Translations under genes and position numbers: made by a program
Notes under the pieces: generated by a model
What the model was told of the DNA's origin: nothing
The model's database searches: none
What the model saw: the letters and a program-made list of their open reading frames with translations, nothing else
Part shown: piece after piece, positions 10,324-20,385 of the stretch
Layout: every line of letters starts with the position of its first letter
Position numbering within the stretch: position 1 is the first letter of the stretch
Assembly: GCA_963674865.2 (NCBI GenBank)
Contig: CAXXYE010000009.1
Span: 1,664,001 to 1,728,000, forward strand
DNA from: Candidatus Hydrogenedentota bacterium
GTDB taxonomy: Bacteria; Hydrogenedentota; Hydrogenedentia; Hydrogenedentales; SLHB01
Length of the DNA: 64,000 bases
Direction: 5' to 3'

Positions 10324-11981
10324 GCGCGTCCGTTCTCTTCTCGATGATGCGGTACCGCGGGGGAGCGGGCGTGGCCAGGGCGGTGCTCGAACGCGGGGCG
10401 GTCGATTTCATCACGATGGAGCCTAGCACGTCGATCTTTGAGGAAATGGGCCTTCCTCGGCAATCCTTCACCGAGTACCTGCCGAAGAATGTTGAGCAAA
10501 CGATGGAGCCGGGGGCACTGAAGCGCCTGCGGGAACTGGTTGGTGGGATTCAGAGCGCCAAGTTCCGGGAGGCGTACGGCCACTTCGACGACGCCACCTG
10601 GGAGCGACTTCAAGAGGCAATGTACGGCGTTCTGCGCCGCGAGTTCTACTCATGCATGGTGAATATCGAGGCCCTGCTGCGTTGCGCCGCCGAGACGGAT
10701 CTGCGATTGCTGGTGTGCTCGGAGGATGTGCTTCCCACGTCGCGCTCCCTTGTCCTCAAGGCGTCGCGCATCGGGATTCCTTCCCTCCACGTTATCCACA
10801 GTGTGCCCTGCGGGGCGGCGACTTCGCATCCCGCCGTGCCCAGCACGCACCTGGCCGTGTACAGCGAACACACGAAGCGGCTGTACGAATCGTTGGGAGT
10901 CGAGTCGGACAGGATCTTCGTGACGGGAAATCCTGCGTGGGATCGGCTTGCCGGCCCCCCGAGGCCGGCGTTGCGCCGCCGCATCTGCCACGAACTCGGC
11001 CTGGATCCCGCGAAGCCGGTGATCACCTACGCGCTGACGAACAGCGGCCACTGGAGCGCGGCAATGGCGCGCTATCCCGAGGTGCACATCCGTATGACGG
11101 AGGCCGTTATTGAAGCCTTTACGGTGTTGTCGAGGAAGCATCCCGATTGGCAGTTCGGACTGCGCCCAAGGCCTTGGCCGGACACCTCCTGCCCTATCGA
11201 GGCTATGGTGGATGAGGCCCGGGAAGCGGGCTTGGCGCGGGCCTTCGTGGATCGGCTTGATCCATACGCGAGCGTCGCGCTCGCCGACGTGTCGCTCTCG
11301 ACGGAATCGAACATGGGCATCGAGGCTATGCTCCTCGGGAAGCCGGTTATCAACGTAGTCGTCTCCGCATTCGGCGGCGATGTGTATCAGGAAGGTTTCG
11401 GCCCCCTCTACGACGAAGAGGATGCCGTGTTGCCGGTGAAGGGCGTGGGCGAATTGGCGCCCGCGATCGAGTCGGCCGTGCTTGATGACGCTACGCGGAC
11501 GCGGCTGCGGCGCGCGCGAGTCCACAGCATCGAGCGGTTCAATGGTTCCAATGATGGCAAGGCGGCACAGCGCGTGGCCGATCTGATCATCTCGTTGATG
11601 GAGCGCGATGGACGTCGTCTTGAGCATCCGCGGCATCCTTACGTGACGGCGCGCTCGGAGCGGCGCGAACGGGCTGGTGAGTACAACGCCCGAGGCGAGG
11701 CGTGCTTCGAGGCGGGGGATTTCGATGGTGCGGTGGCGGCATTCAGCGAGGCTATAGGGGAGTGGACGGAGAACGCCTTGTTCTTCAACAACTTGGGCAC
11801 GGCTCTCCATGCGCTGGGCAGTTACGAACTCGCGTGGGATAGCTTTGTCGAGGCGCTGCATGTGGATCCCTACCTCGACAGCGCGCGTCAGAATCTGATG
11901 GCCGTGGGGGCGGTACTACAACGTGAGGACGAGGCCCGGGCGCTATTGGCGCTGTTCGGTGTCTTGGGCCGGGACGGGTAA
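10320..11981 (+). CDS. GT-B-fold glycosyltransferase-like protein (capsule/CDP-glycerol transferase-like) with C-terminal TPR
   Basis: IFVTGNP, LRPRP, SNMGIEAMLLGKPVI, DGKAAQRVAD. TPR-like YNARGEACF...FNNLGTALHALG. Confidence 0.75.
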   Translation: MSASVLFSMMRYRGGAGVARAVLERGAVDFITMEPSTSIFEEMGLPRQSFTEYLPKNVEQTMEPGALKRLRELVGGIQSAKFREAYGHFDDATWERLQEAMYGVLRREFYSCMVNIEALLRCAAETDLRLLVCSEDVLPTSRSLVLKASRIGIPSLHVIHSVPCGAATSHPAVPSTHLAVYSEHTKRLYESLGVESDRIFVTGNPAWDRLAGPPRPALRRRICHELGLDPAKPVITYALTNSGHWSAAMARYPEVHIRMTEAVIEAFTVLSRKHPDWQFGLRPRPWPDTSCPIEAMVDEAREAGLARAFVDRLDPYASVALADVSLSTESNMGIEAMLLGKPVINVVVSAFGGDVYQEGFGPLYDEEDAVLPVKGVGELAPAIESAVLDDATRTRLRRARVHSIERFNGSNDGKAAQRVADLIISLMERDGRRLEHPRHPYVTARSERRERAGEYNARGEACFEAGDFDGAVAAFSEAIGEWTENALFFNNLGTALHALGSYELAWDSFVEALHVDPYLDSARQNLMAVGAVLQREDEARALLALFGVLGRDG

Positions 11982-13496
11982 TGTCTTGGCGGCCGAACGG
12001 AAGGTCCGGGTGGCCCGCGTTGTGAGATAGATAAAGGGGAAGGCCATGACCTGGCGCATCCCCGCCACAGTGGACACCTGGCGCACCATACGGCGCATTT
12101 CCCCGAAAAAGGCCTGCCGCGTGGCCCGATCCTCGACGAGTCCTTCCTCTTTCACCGCCAAGAGTCGGTGGGAGCAATAGAGTCCGAAGGCGAATGCCGC
12201 GAGGAAGACGAAGTCGAGGCCCTTCAGATCGAGTGTGCGAAGGGCGAGGTTCGTCTGCTCCGTCCGCCAATTGAGGAAGCTGAGCGTGAGCTTAAGTTGG
12301 TAGGGTTCGAAGGCATCGGCTGCGAATCCGGCGAACAGGGGTGCGATGGTGGCCGCTAGACCTGACACGAGCGAATTGACGGCAAGGTAGGCGGCGCCTT
12401 TGCCGTAGGGCGCCGCCTTCAGCGTGAGGTTGCTGGCGCAAAGGGCGACGCCGGCCGTGGCGATGCCGGCGATGATGTGGATACCGAACAGTATGGGCAG
12501 CGTGAACGCGTGGCGTTCGGGCATTGTCGTGAACGGCCACAGGAGAAAGGTGCAGAAGAACAGGGGGACGCACAGCGTCAAGACGGCCTTGTTGCCGAAG
12601 CGCTCGGACAACCTGCCCCACAGGCCGAAGAAAAGCACGTTGAAAAGCTGGCTGGTGACACTCAGTGTGAGGACCCACGTCATGCTGAGTCCGAGCCGTG
12701 ATATGAGATAGACGGCGAAGAAGGGGGCGGCGAAGTTGACGGCGAACACCCACCATCCCAGGAACACGAGAAGCGGCCGATATCGGCCGTCCCGGAGTGG
12801 TTCGGTGAGTAGGCTCGTGAGGCTTGCGTGCTCCGCTCGGGGCATGACGGGCTCGGGCGTGCGCGCTAGAAAGCAGAGGGCCGTGAGGCCGGATGTCCCC
12901 CCGATGGCGAACAGGGCCGAATAGGCCAGCGTGGGGTCCATGTGTGTCTTAACGAAGTCGAGGGCGGCGCCGCCGAGGAAGCTGATCAACGCGCCGACGA
13001 GCGTTGCCCAGGTGAGCCGGCTCGCAAGAAACGAAGCCATGCGCTGCTCGGGTATGACATCCCGAAACCAGGAGTTGTATGCGCATTGTGCGATGGCGCC
13101 AATGCCGAAGTGGGCGCACAATAGAATCAGGATCGCTGCCAATCTGAGCCGAGTTGGGACAAATAGGGGCACCATGGCGACGATCAGGAGCGAGGCGCGG
13201 CTCAGTCCCCCCGCCAGCGTGACTAGGAGCTTTCGCATACGGATGCGTTCGAGGAGGTAGATGGCAGGTATTTGCACGATCTGGGCCATGGGGCCCACGG
13301 CGGCTAAGAGGCCGATAGTCTTGTTCGACGCGCCTAGGTGCAAGGCATATGCGACGACGAAGGGCCCCATGGTAAGCACGAGCATGACCTGGCCGAACAC
13401 GCCCTCGTAGAGCAGGTTGTGCAAGCCTTTGTCTACACTGCGTTCATCCAGCTGGTTCTGTGGCCGTATCCAGTTGAACACGATGAAACCCTTCAC
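11943..13496 (-). CDS. MFS transporter
   Basis: About 12 hydrophobic helices; motif-A-like WGRLSERFGNK. Confidence 0.88.
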   Translation of the reverse strand: MKGFIVFNWIRPQNQLDERSVDKGLHNLLYEGVFGQVMLVLTMGPFVVAYALHLGASNKTIGLLAAVGPMAQIVQIPAIYLLERIRMRKLLVTLAGGLSRASLLIVAMVPLFVPTRLRLAAILILLCAHFGIGAIAQCAYNSWFRDVIPEQRMASFLASRLTWATLVGALISFLGGAALDFVKTHMDPTLAYSALFAIGGTSGLTALCFLARTPEPVMPRAEHASLTSLLTEPLRDGRYRPLLVFLGWWVFAVNFAAPFFAVYLISRLGLSMTWVLTLSVTSQLFNVLFFGLWGRLSERFGNKAVLTLCVPLFFCTFLLWPFTTMPERHAFTLPILFGIHIIAGIATAGVALCASNLTLKAAPYGKGAAYLAVNSLVSGLAATIAPLFAGFAADAFEPYQLKLTLSFLNWRTEQTNLALRTLDLKGLDFVFLAAFAFGLYCSHRLLAVKEEGLVEDRATRQAFFGEMRRMVRQVSTVAGMRQVMAFPFIYLTTRATRTFRSAAKTLPVPAQDTEQRQ

Positions 13497-13637
13497 CCCG
13501 TTGATCGCCTGGCGCTTAAGTATCAGGCCAGAGGATAACTCCTACACAGACAGCGCGGCAACCAGGAAATCAAGCGGCCGGCGGCTGTGGTCTCACGGGG
13601 AGAAGTGTCAAGGAAACGGCCGAGGCGGCGCAAGCAG

Positions 13638-13675
13638 AAAGGGAAGGCCGCGCCGGATGGGCGTCGCCTTCCCTT
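13638..13675 (-). terminator. Intrinsic terminator-like hairpin after sialidase-like gene
   Basis: AAGGGAAGGC / GCCTTCCCTT inverted repeat with a short T-run on the minus strand. Confidence 0.5.
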
Positions 13676-13735
13676 GTGCGCACTAATGGGCCTCGTAAGC
13701 CGCAGGTTGGTATTGTCTGCGGCCGGGCCTGAATG

Positions 13736-14977
13736 CTATTCGTCGCCCTTCTTGATCCATTTCTCCTTGAACCATACGTGCTTGATGGTTTCATTCGGTT
13801 TGGGTGAGTAGGTGTAGGTGACGTGAATCATCTTGTCCCGCGTCTGGATGACGGTGGGATAGCTCGCGTGGGGATTGTCATCCGGGGGCGTGTGGTTGTC
13901 TTCGATCACGCGATGCCACTTCCAGGTGGCGCCCTCGTCGTCGGAGAGGTAGGCCGTCAAGCGTGAGCGTCCATGGCGGCCATCGCGCCCGCTGAGGTCA
14001 TTGCAGAGAAGAATCCAATCACCATTCTTCAGTTTCGTAATCGATACGCTCGACTCGGGATTGCGAATCTCCATGTCGTGGAAGTTGTCCCAGGTCATGC
14101 CGCCGTCCTTGGACTCCGCGACGCGGATGTAACGCAACGGGCCTTTATCGCGGCCATAGGCCATAATCGTTCCATCTTTCTTCTGGATCAGGGCCGGCTG
14201 GATCAATCCGTAGTCGGCCATGGGCTCGCCGTACTCCCAGGTCTGGCCGCCGTCCTCGGTGAAGCAGGACATGGATGTGCAGAAGACGTCCGAGTAGAGC
14301 CCGATCATCATGCGTTTGTCTGAGAGCATGATGGGCTGGCAGCGAGGCATCCAGGTGAGCATGCCGGGGAGGCGGCCCCAGACGCGGTCGTGCCACTCGG
14401 CCATGTAGGTGTCGTCGATGCGGGCCATGCGGACGCCGTGATCGAGGCGTTGCCGGTACTTGTCCTCAAAATCGAACATCTTCCCGAATTTCTTGTCCAC
14501 GCCGGCGGCCATCCTGTCCATCACGGCTTCAAGATTCTTGGGCCGGCACAGGATGGTGTCGTTCCATTCCCACTTGGGCGGCCCGTCGCCCTCATAGTCG
14601 GTGGATGTGCGGTACTTGAGCAGGTAGGTTTCACGGGTGTTTGCCAGTGAGGAAATCCACCACAGGTAGAGCCTGCCGTCCGGGTCGATATAGAGGACGG
14701 AGTTCTGGTCGGGCAGGTCCTGGTTGTCGGCCATGACGAAGGGCTCGCTCCAGGCATCTTCGCCCTTGCGCTTGCGTGCGCCGCTGATGACGAGGGTGTC
14801 GTCGGTCTTTTCTCCACGGCCGTGGAACCAGGCGACGAGCAGGTTGCCCTCGGGCGTCTCGACAATGCTCGAGCTGTGGTTATGCATCTCCTCCGGCGGA
14901 AAGACATATTCCTCGAACAAAGCGGGAGCTGCGGGGACTCCGGCCGAAACCAGCACAACTGTCAGCAGCAAACTCAT
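13736..14977 (-). CDS. Secreted BNR/Asp-box sialidase-like protein
   Basis: ATG 14977 with AGGAGG RBS and signal-peptide-like start. HSSSIVE motif; Asp boxes TEDGGQTW, SKDGGMTW, SDDEGATW; SYPTVIQ. The longer 797-aa track ORF is an antisense extension. Confidence 0.88.
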   Translation of the reverse strand: MSLLLTVVLVSAGVPAAPALFEEYVFPPEEMHNHSSSIVETPEGNLLVAWFHGRGEKTDDTLVISGARKRKGEDAWSEPFVMADNQDLPDQNSVLYIDPDGRLYLWWISSLANTRETYLLKYRTSTDYEGDGPPKWEWNDTILCRPKNLEAVMDRMAAGVDKKFGKMFDFEDKYRQRLDHGVRMARIDDTYMAEWHDRVWGRLPGMLTWMPRCQPIMLSDKRMMIGLYSDVFCTSMSCFTEDGGQTWEYGEPMADYGLIQPALIQKKDGTIMAYGRDKGPLRYIRVAESKDGGMTWDNFHDMEIRNPESSVSITKLKNGDWILLCNDLSGRDGRHGRSRLTAYLSDDEGATWKWHRVIEDNHTPPDDNPHASYPTVIQTRDKMIHVTYTYSPKPNETIKHVWFKEKWIKKGDE

Positions 14978-15202
14978 ACCTGAACCTCCTGTGTTTGCGT
15001 TGTAATCCGGCAGGATTGGGGCCTTTGTCGAGGCCCTGTGCGCGTATCGTACACGTTGGCGCCCATGCGCGTCCAACGAGTGCTCGAAAGCGGCGGGAAT
15101 CCCGGCTCGGCCACGCATCTTTGAACCCACGGGGGATATTGGTGTCTTAAGGGGAGGTATGAAGATGCAAACCGGACCGGGTCCGGAAGAAAGGAGCCTG
15201 TG

Positions 15203-17656
15203 ATGGAACGATTGATGCGATTCAGACTCGGTATCTGGGCCATGGCCGGCGCGGTCCTTCTGGCTGCATGGATGGGCTGTCCGCAACATGCTGTGGCACA
15301 AGGTGTTACGGAAGGATGCCTCCAGGTAATCGACGATGAAGGCCGGCCCAAGGAGCTGTGTCCGCTCAAGCATACGGACGTGGACGTGGCCATCTCGGGC
15401 TTCATCGCCAGGGTGACGCTGACGCAGCAGTTCAAGAATCCCTATGACGAGCCCATCGAGGCCGTATATACGTTCCCGATGTCGGATCGGGCGGCGGTGG
15501 ACTCGATGACGATGGTTATCGGCGATCGGGTGATTAAGGGCGTGATCAAGCGCCGCGAGGAGGCGCGCCGGATTTATGAAGCGGCCAAGCAGGCCGGGCA
15601 GACGGCCAGCCTGCTGGATCAGGAGCGCCCGAATATCTTCACGCAATCGGTGGCGAATATCATGCCCGGAGCGGGAATCGACATCACCATCTCCTACGTC
15701 GAATACCTCAAGTACGAGGACGGAGAGTACGAGTATTCCTTTCCGATGGTGGTGGGGCCGCGCTATATCCCAGGGCAGCCCACCCCTCCGCCTGATGACG
15801 CTATCCAGCCGGACGTGGTGACGGGGCTGCGTCCGGGGCCGGTGAGTACGGATCAGGTGCCGGACGCGAGCCGGATTACGCCTCCCGTTACGCCGAAAGG
15901 CACCCGCGCCGGGCACGATATCGCGGTGCGCGTTCACCTGGACGCCGGCGTAGCGATCCAAGACGTTCGCTCCGAGTTGCACGAGGTGGTTGTCGAGCGG
16001 CCGTCCGACAACGAAGCGGCCGTTACGCTCAAAGCGAAGGATGAGATTCCGAACCGGGATTTCGTACTGCGTTATGCCGTGGCCGGCGCCGAGATTGACG
16101 ACGCGGTGCTCGTCCACGCGGGGGAGCACGGCGGCTTCTTCACGTTGATTCTCCAGCCGCCGGAGCGCGTTGCTCCCGAGGAGATCACGCCCAAAGAGAT
16201 GATCTTCGTGATCGATCGGAGCGGCTCGATGAGCGGATTTCCCATCGAGAAGGCCAAGAAGACGATGCGGCTGTGTATCGAGCAGATGAATCCGAACGAT
16301 ACCTTCAACCTCGTGTCGTTCTCGTCGGGCCTAGGCTATTGCTTCGAGAAACCGATGTTGAATACGCCGGAAAACCGGAAGAGGGCCCTCGAGTACCTGG
16401 ACGATTTGCACGGGAGCGGGGGCACGGAGATGATGAAAGCCATCCACGCCGCGCTCGAAAACCAGAATGATCCTGAGCGACTTCGCGTCGTGTGCTTCAT
16501 GACGGACGGCTACATCGGGAACGATATGGCCATCCTGGACGCGATTCAGAAGAACGCCGGCACGGCGCGCGTCTTCGCCTTCGGAATCGGCAACAGCGTC
16601 AACCGCTTCCTCATTGAGGGTATGGCGCGCGCGGGGCGCGGGGCGTCTGAGGTCGTCACGCTGGCTGCTGACGGGGATGACGCGGTTGAGCGATTCCACG
16701 AGCGCGTACATAGCCCGATTCTCACGGATATCACCGTGGACTTCGGCGCCTTGGCCATCGAGGATGTGTATCCCGACCCCGGCGCGATTCCGGATCTGTT
16801 CGCGGCGCGGCCCCTGATGCTCAAAGGGCGTTACACCATGTCGGGCGAGGGCGTGATCACCGTGCGTGGGCAGACGGCCGCCGGGCCGTTCGAGCGCGCC
16901 ATCACGGTGACGCTTCCCGAGTCGGAGCCGGAGCATGATGTGCTGGCGCCGCTCTGGGCGAGGGCGCGCATCGCGTGGTTGATGGATCAGGACTGGCGGG
17001 GGATCCAGCGGGGGCAGCCCGCTGAGGACATCAAAGAGGCCATTACGCAGCTCGGCTTGACGTACAGCCTCGTCACGCAATTTACCAGCTTTGTCGCGGT
17101 TGAGGAGAAGGTGGTCAACGAGGGTGGCCAGTCGAAGACGGTGCAAGTGCCAGTCGAAATGCCTGACGGGGTGAGCTACACGGGCGTATTTGGCGAGCGC
17201 GAGGAACTCGCCGAGGGGGTCGCATTCGGAGCCCCCATGAAGGCGCGCGGGGCCGGTGCCATGAAGGTCCTGGGGAACGCCTTCTTCAGGACCCAGGCTG
17301 CGGCCGACGCGAGTGCGCCCGTGTCTCCGGAGATGGCGAGGGGCCGCATTCAATCGACCGAACTGAAGGAAGAAGTGAAGGCGAAGCTGCACCCGCTGCT
17401 GCGGGGCCTGCCGAGCAAGGTCGTCAACGGGACATACACTAGCGGCGCTGTGAAGGTGCGCGATGGGGCGCTCGATGTGTTCATTCAGTTGACGGATGAC
17501 TCGGCTGCACGCCTCGACGCGTTGAAGAAGCTGGGTGTGAAGGTGGTGTCGCATACGCGGGCCACCAAGACGCTCCTGGCGAAGGTGCGCGTCGAAGACC
17601 TCGTGAAGCTCGCGGGACTAGACTTCGTGAAACGGATTGACCCTCCAACGTACTAG
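15203..17656 (+). CDS. Secreted VIT + VWA domain protein
   Basis: Signal peptide; VIT (PLKHTDV...EAVYTFP...LLDQERPNIF); MIDAS DRSGSM, GGTE, FMTDG; LVTQFTSFVAV. Confidence 0.92.
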   Translation: MERLMRFRLGIWAMAGAVLLAAWMGCPQHAVAQGVTEGCLQVIDDEGRPKELCPLKHTDVDVAISGFIARVTLTQQFKNPYDEPIEAVYTFPMSDRAAVDSMTMVIGDRVIKGVIKRREEARRIYEAAKQAGQTASLLDQERPNIFTQSVANIMPGAGIDITISYVEYLKYEDGEYEYSFPMVVGPRYIPGQPTPPPDDAIQPDVVTGLRPGPVSTDQVPDASRITPPVTPKGTRAGHDIAVRVHLDAGVAIQDVRSELHEVVVERPSDNEAAVTLKAKDEIPNRDFVLRYAVAGAEIDDAVLVHAGEHGGFFTLILQPPERVAPEEITPKEMIFVIDRSGSMSGFPIEKAKKTMRLCIEQMNPNDTFNLVSFSSGLGYCFEKPMLNTPENRKRALEYLDDLHGSGGTEMMKAIHAALENQNDPERLRVVCFMTDGYIGNDMAILDAIQKNAGTARVFAFGIGNSVNRFLIEGMARAGRGASEVVTLAADGDDAVERFHERVHSPILTDITVDFGALAIEDVYPDPGAIPDLFAARPLMLKGRYTMSGEGVITVRGQTAAGPFERAITVTLPESEPEHDVLAPLWARARIAWLMDQDWRGIQRGQPAEDIKEAITQLGLTYSLVTQFTSFVAVEEKVVNEGGQSKTVQVPVEMPDGVSYTGVFGEREELAEGVAFGAPMKARGAGAMKVLGNAFFRTQAAADASAPVSPEMARGRIQSTELKEEVKAKLHPLLRGLPSKVVNGTYTSGAVKVRDGALDVFIQLTDDSAARLDALKKLGVKVVSHTRATKTLLAKVRVEDLVKLAGLDFVKRIDPPTY

Positions 17657-17674
17657 AACCGATGGAGAGCGATT

Positions 17675-17711
17675 GCGGCGTCCGGCCTTGGCCGGGCGCC
17701 GCCTCTTTGTT
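17675..17711 (+). terminator. Intrinsic terminator-like hairpin between convergent genes
   Basis: GCGGCGTCCGGC-CTTG-GCCGGGCGCCGC then CTCTTTGTT. Confidence 0.6.
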
Positions 17712-17715
17712 CGAG

Positions 17716-18933
17716 TTACGCGTCCGGTGTCGGCGCGCCCGTCAGGAAGCGCCGGACCTGTTCGAGGGAAACGACCGCGACGCGCATTTGGCTGCGAGTA
17801 TCGGTGCCGGGATAGCTGGCTTCCCAGTGAACATCTCCGTCGGGACAGACAAAGAGCCCGGTGGTCTTGTGCGTGGCATGATCGAAGTGGAGTCCGATGG
17901 CGCAGTCGGCCTTGAACCGTGCGCGGGCCTCTTCAGCCATGCCGCGCGCTGTGGCTAGAGGTTCATCCTCTGGGGCGGCCGACGGCAGGACATGTCCCCC
18001 AGCGAAGCTCTTGGCGTCCGCTGCGGACAGCCGCTGCGCGAGCATGCCGCCCGTCTGCGTTTCCGCGAGCGCGAGCCGCCACCCGCGTGCGTCGATCAGC
18101 CCATCGACTACGCCCTCGAGTGTCTCATCGTCAACGCCCATGATGAGTCCGGGCAAGAGCGCGCGGACCTGGATGTCTACGGTATCGATCAGTTGCTCCG
18201 CCTCCTCCACGGAATCGGCGCGCGCCGTGATGCGGATGCGCACTGCATCGGGCGAGGCAAGGACGCCCACGGTGGGATTCTGGCCGGTTCGGATCAAATG
18301 GCCGATGGCGGTGTCCACGCTCGATTCGCCCACGCCGCAAACCTTGAGTACGCGCCAGCGAATCACACCCGCGATGCCGAATTGCTCTCGGAGATAGGGA
18401 ATGACGCTATCCACAAGCATCGGCTTGAGTTCGCCGGGAACGCCGGGCATGGCGATGATCACGCCGCGGGAGTCACCGACGATGAGGCCGGGCGCGGTGC
18501 CGTTCGGATTCTTGATGGCAACGGCTCCCCGCGGGGCAAATGCCTGTTTGCGATTATTCTCCGACATGGGCCGGCGAAATTGGGCAAAGCGGGCGGCCAG
18601 TTGCTCGTAAAGATCCTGACGGAACTCGAGGGATAGGTCGAATAGCTCCGCGATGCACTCCCGAGTGATGTCGTCCTCCGTTGGCCCAAGGCCTCCGGAA
18701 GTCAAGACGACGTTAGAGCGCTGGAGGGCGCCCTCAAGGGCGCGGCGGATTCGCTCCGGATTGTCCCCCACGGTGGTCTTCTGGAAGAGACTGATGCCGT
18801 TCTCGGCCAGCGTCGTGCCCATGAAGGCTGCGGTGGTATCCACGATCTGGCCGAGGAGCAGCTCGGTGCCGATCATGACGATCTCGGCACGAATATCGCA
18901 GCGTGGAGGATTTGTCTCGGATGGAGTAGGCAT
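17716..18933 (-). CDS. cinA: CinA family protein (ADP-ribose pyrophosphatase domain plus degenerate PncC domain)
   Basis: IGTELLLGQIVD, VGDN, GGLGPTEDDITRE, NPNGTAPG, MPGVPGE, GVGES; C-terminal AETQTGG. Confidence 0.9.
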   Translation of the reverse strand: MPTPSETNPPRCDIRAEIVMIGTELLLGQIVDTTAAFMGTTLAENGISLFQKTTVGDNPERIRRALEGALQRSNVVLTSGGLGPTEDDITRECIAELFDLSLEFRQDLYEQLAARFAQFRRPMSENNRKQAFAPRGAVAIKNPNGTAPGLIVGDSRGVIIAMPGVPGELKPMLVDSVIPYLREQFGIAGVIRWRVLKVCGVGESSVDTAIGHLIRTGQNPTVGVLASPDAVRIRITARADSVEEAEQLIDTVDIQVRALLPGLIMGVDDETLEGVVDGLIDARGWRLALAETQTGGMLAQRLSAADAKSFAGGHVLPSAAPEDEPLATARGMAEEARARFKADCAIGLHFDHATHKTTGLFVCPDGDVHWEASYPGTDTRSQMRVAVVSLEQVRRFLTGAPTPDA

Positions 18934-18945
18934 GTTTGGCGGCCT

Positions 18946-20193
18946 TCAGAAAGCGTATCGCAACGCGGTGATGAACGTGTTGTTGAGTTGATCCTCGCCG
19001 TCGCCGATGTCGCTGTCGTAGTCAGTCTTCAGGCTTAGTCGGAGACTGAGCTTCTCGGACAAGGCCGTGTCGAAGGCTAGGTTGGACTTCAGGCGGAATT
19101 CACTGATGTCGGGCAACTCGGGCAGCAGGACTAGCTCCTCGGACAGCTTGCACCTTTCGAGCAATTTCTGCTCGTATCTTCCCGTGAGGCGAAGGCTTAT
19201 TTTGTCTTCGCGCTCCGTCTCCTGTTCGACACCGGCTTCCAGGGCCTCAACACCGAGCCGGACGCCTGTTAGCCATTCTTCCGCGGTCCATGTCAGCAAC
19301 GGGAGGAAACTGGCATCGCTGGGCTTCACGTAATTCCAGAAACTATCGCGCGCGCTGTCGCGAGCGGCCTCGTCCTTGTCTTCGAGTTCCCGGATGCTGT
19401 ACTTGTTCCAATACTCGCGGCTGTAGTCCAGTCCGGCGTCCAAGGAGAGCGATACGCGCTCTTTCTTGATGACGTCTGCCCCGACACCGGCGCCCAGCTC
19501 GAATCTGAGGTCCAGTCTGGCGCCTGGATCGTGCTCAAGTCCCGTGTGCCCTAGGATATACAGGCGCTCTCTAGGATAGTACTGGTATTTCGCAGTCCCG
19601 GCAATGCGGCGGGTGTTTACCTGCGAATCGACCTCGCCATAACCCCCGCTCAAGGTAAAACTTAAGGTATGTTTCGGTATCTTGCGGGTGAGTCCGAGGC
19701 CGAGATTGGCGTCGAGTGTATCCGTGTCGCCGCTACGCCACGTGGCGCCGGAGTCCAGAGTTCCAGTCCATTTCTTGGCGCTCTTCTCAGGTGTCTTTTC
19801 GGGGGGGGGAGCGTCGAAGGCGGCCTCGTCACGGGCGATAGCATCCACCTGTCCTAACACAAGTGGCTGGCCGGCCTCGCCCGTGAAAAGGATTTGCGAT
19901 TCGTTCTCCGTAGATAACCGGCCGACAAGGATCTCGCCGTCCTTCATCTTCACGGCCACCGGATCGTCCGTGCCTATCGACACGACTTCACTCGCGTCAA
20001 TGTGAATTTCCCCCGCGTAAGCCGTGCTGAAGACGAGTTTGTCGTCGCCAAGTTGCTCCAACGTCCCGGAGAGGCGATCGCCGTTTTGTAGAAGGACGCT
20101 ATCGCCCTGCGCCATGCCGGCAAACGCGACTAGGGCCGCAAATGCCGTGAGCAGGCGAGGATAGCGCAGCAAGAGTGAGCCTTTTTGCTTCAT
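18946..20193 (-). CDS. DUF481/YdiY-family outer-membrane beta-barrel
   Basis: Signal peptide, DSVLLQNGDRLSG N-domain, alternating amphipathic strands, C-terminal LRYAF (Bam-type terminal Phe). Confidence 0.85.
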   Translation of the reverse strand: MKQKGSLLLRYPRLLTAFAALVAFAGMAQGDSVLLQNGDRLSGTLEQLGDDKLVFSTAYAGEIHIDASEVVSIGTDDPVAVKMKDGEILVGRLSTENESQILFTGEAGQPLVLGQVDAIARDEAAFDAPPPEKTPEKSAKKWTGTLDSGATWRSGDTDTLDANLGLGLTRKIPKHTLSFTLSGGYGEVDSQVNTRRIAGTAKYQYYPRERLYILGHTGLEHDPGARLDLRFELGAGVGADVIKKERVSLSLDAGLDYSREYWNKYSIRELEDKDEAARDSARDSFWNYVKPSDASFLPLLTWTAEEWLTGVRLGVEALEAGVEQETEREDKISLRLTGRYEQKLLERCKLSEELVLLPELPDISEFRLKSNLAFDTALSEKLSLRLSLKTDYDSDIGDGEDQLNNTFITALRYAF

Positions 20194-20385
20194 AAGTCTG
20201 TCTTTTCAGAGCTTGTACCGAGGCGGGATGGGCCGCAACCTGGACATCCGATGCCTATTAGAACCGATATGGCCCTTCGGAGGCAAGGCGGCGATCAAGT
20301 TGCCCGGCGGATCGCGGCCAGTTGATCCCGTGGCTGTGCGGTTATTACTATCTGCCGCCATAGAACGCAAGCCGAGGGCAGCGGG

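Noticed and set aside
14978..16129. N-terminal 383 aa of the 797-aa minus-strand ORF
   Set aside because: Antisense to the VIT-VWA gene; the real start with RBS and signal peptide is at 14977.
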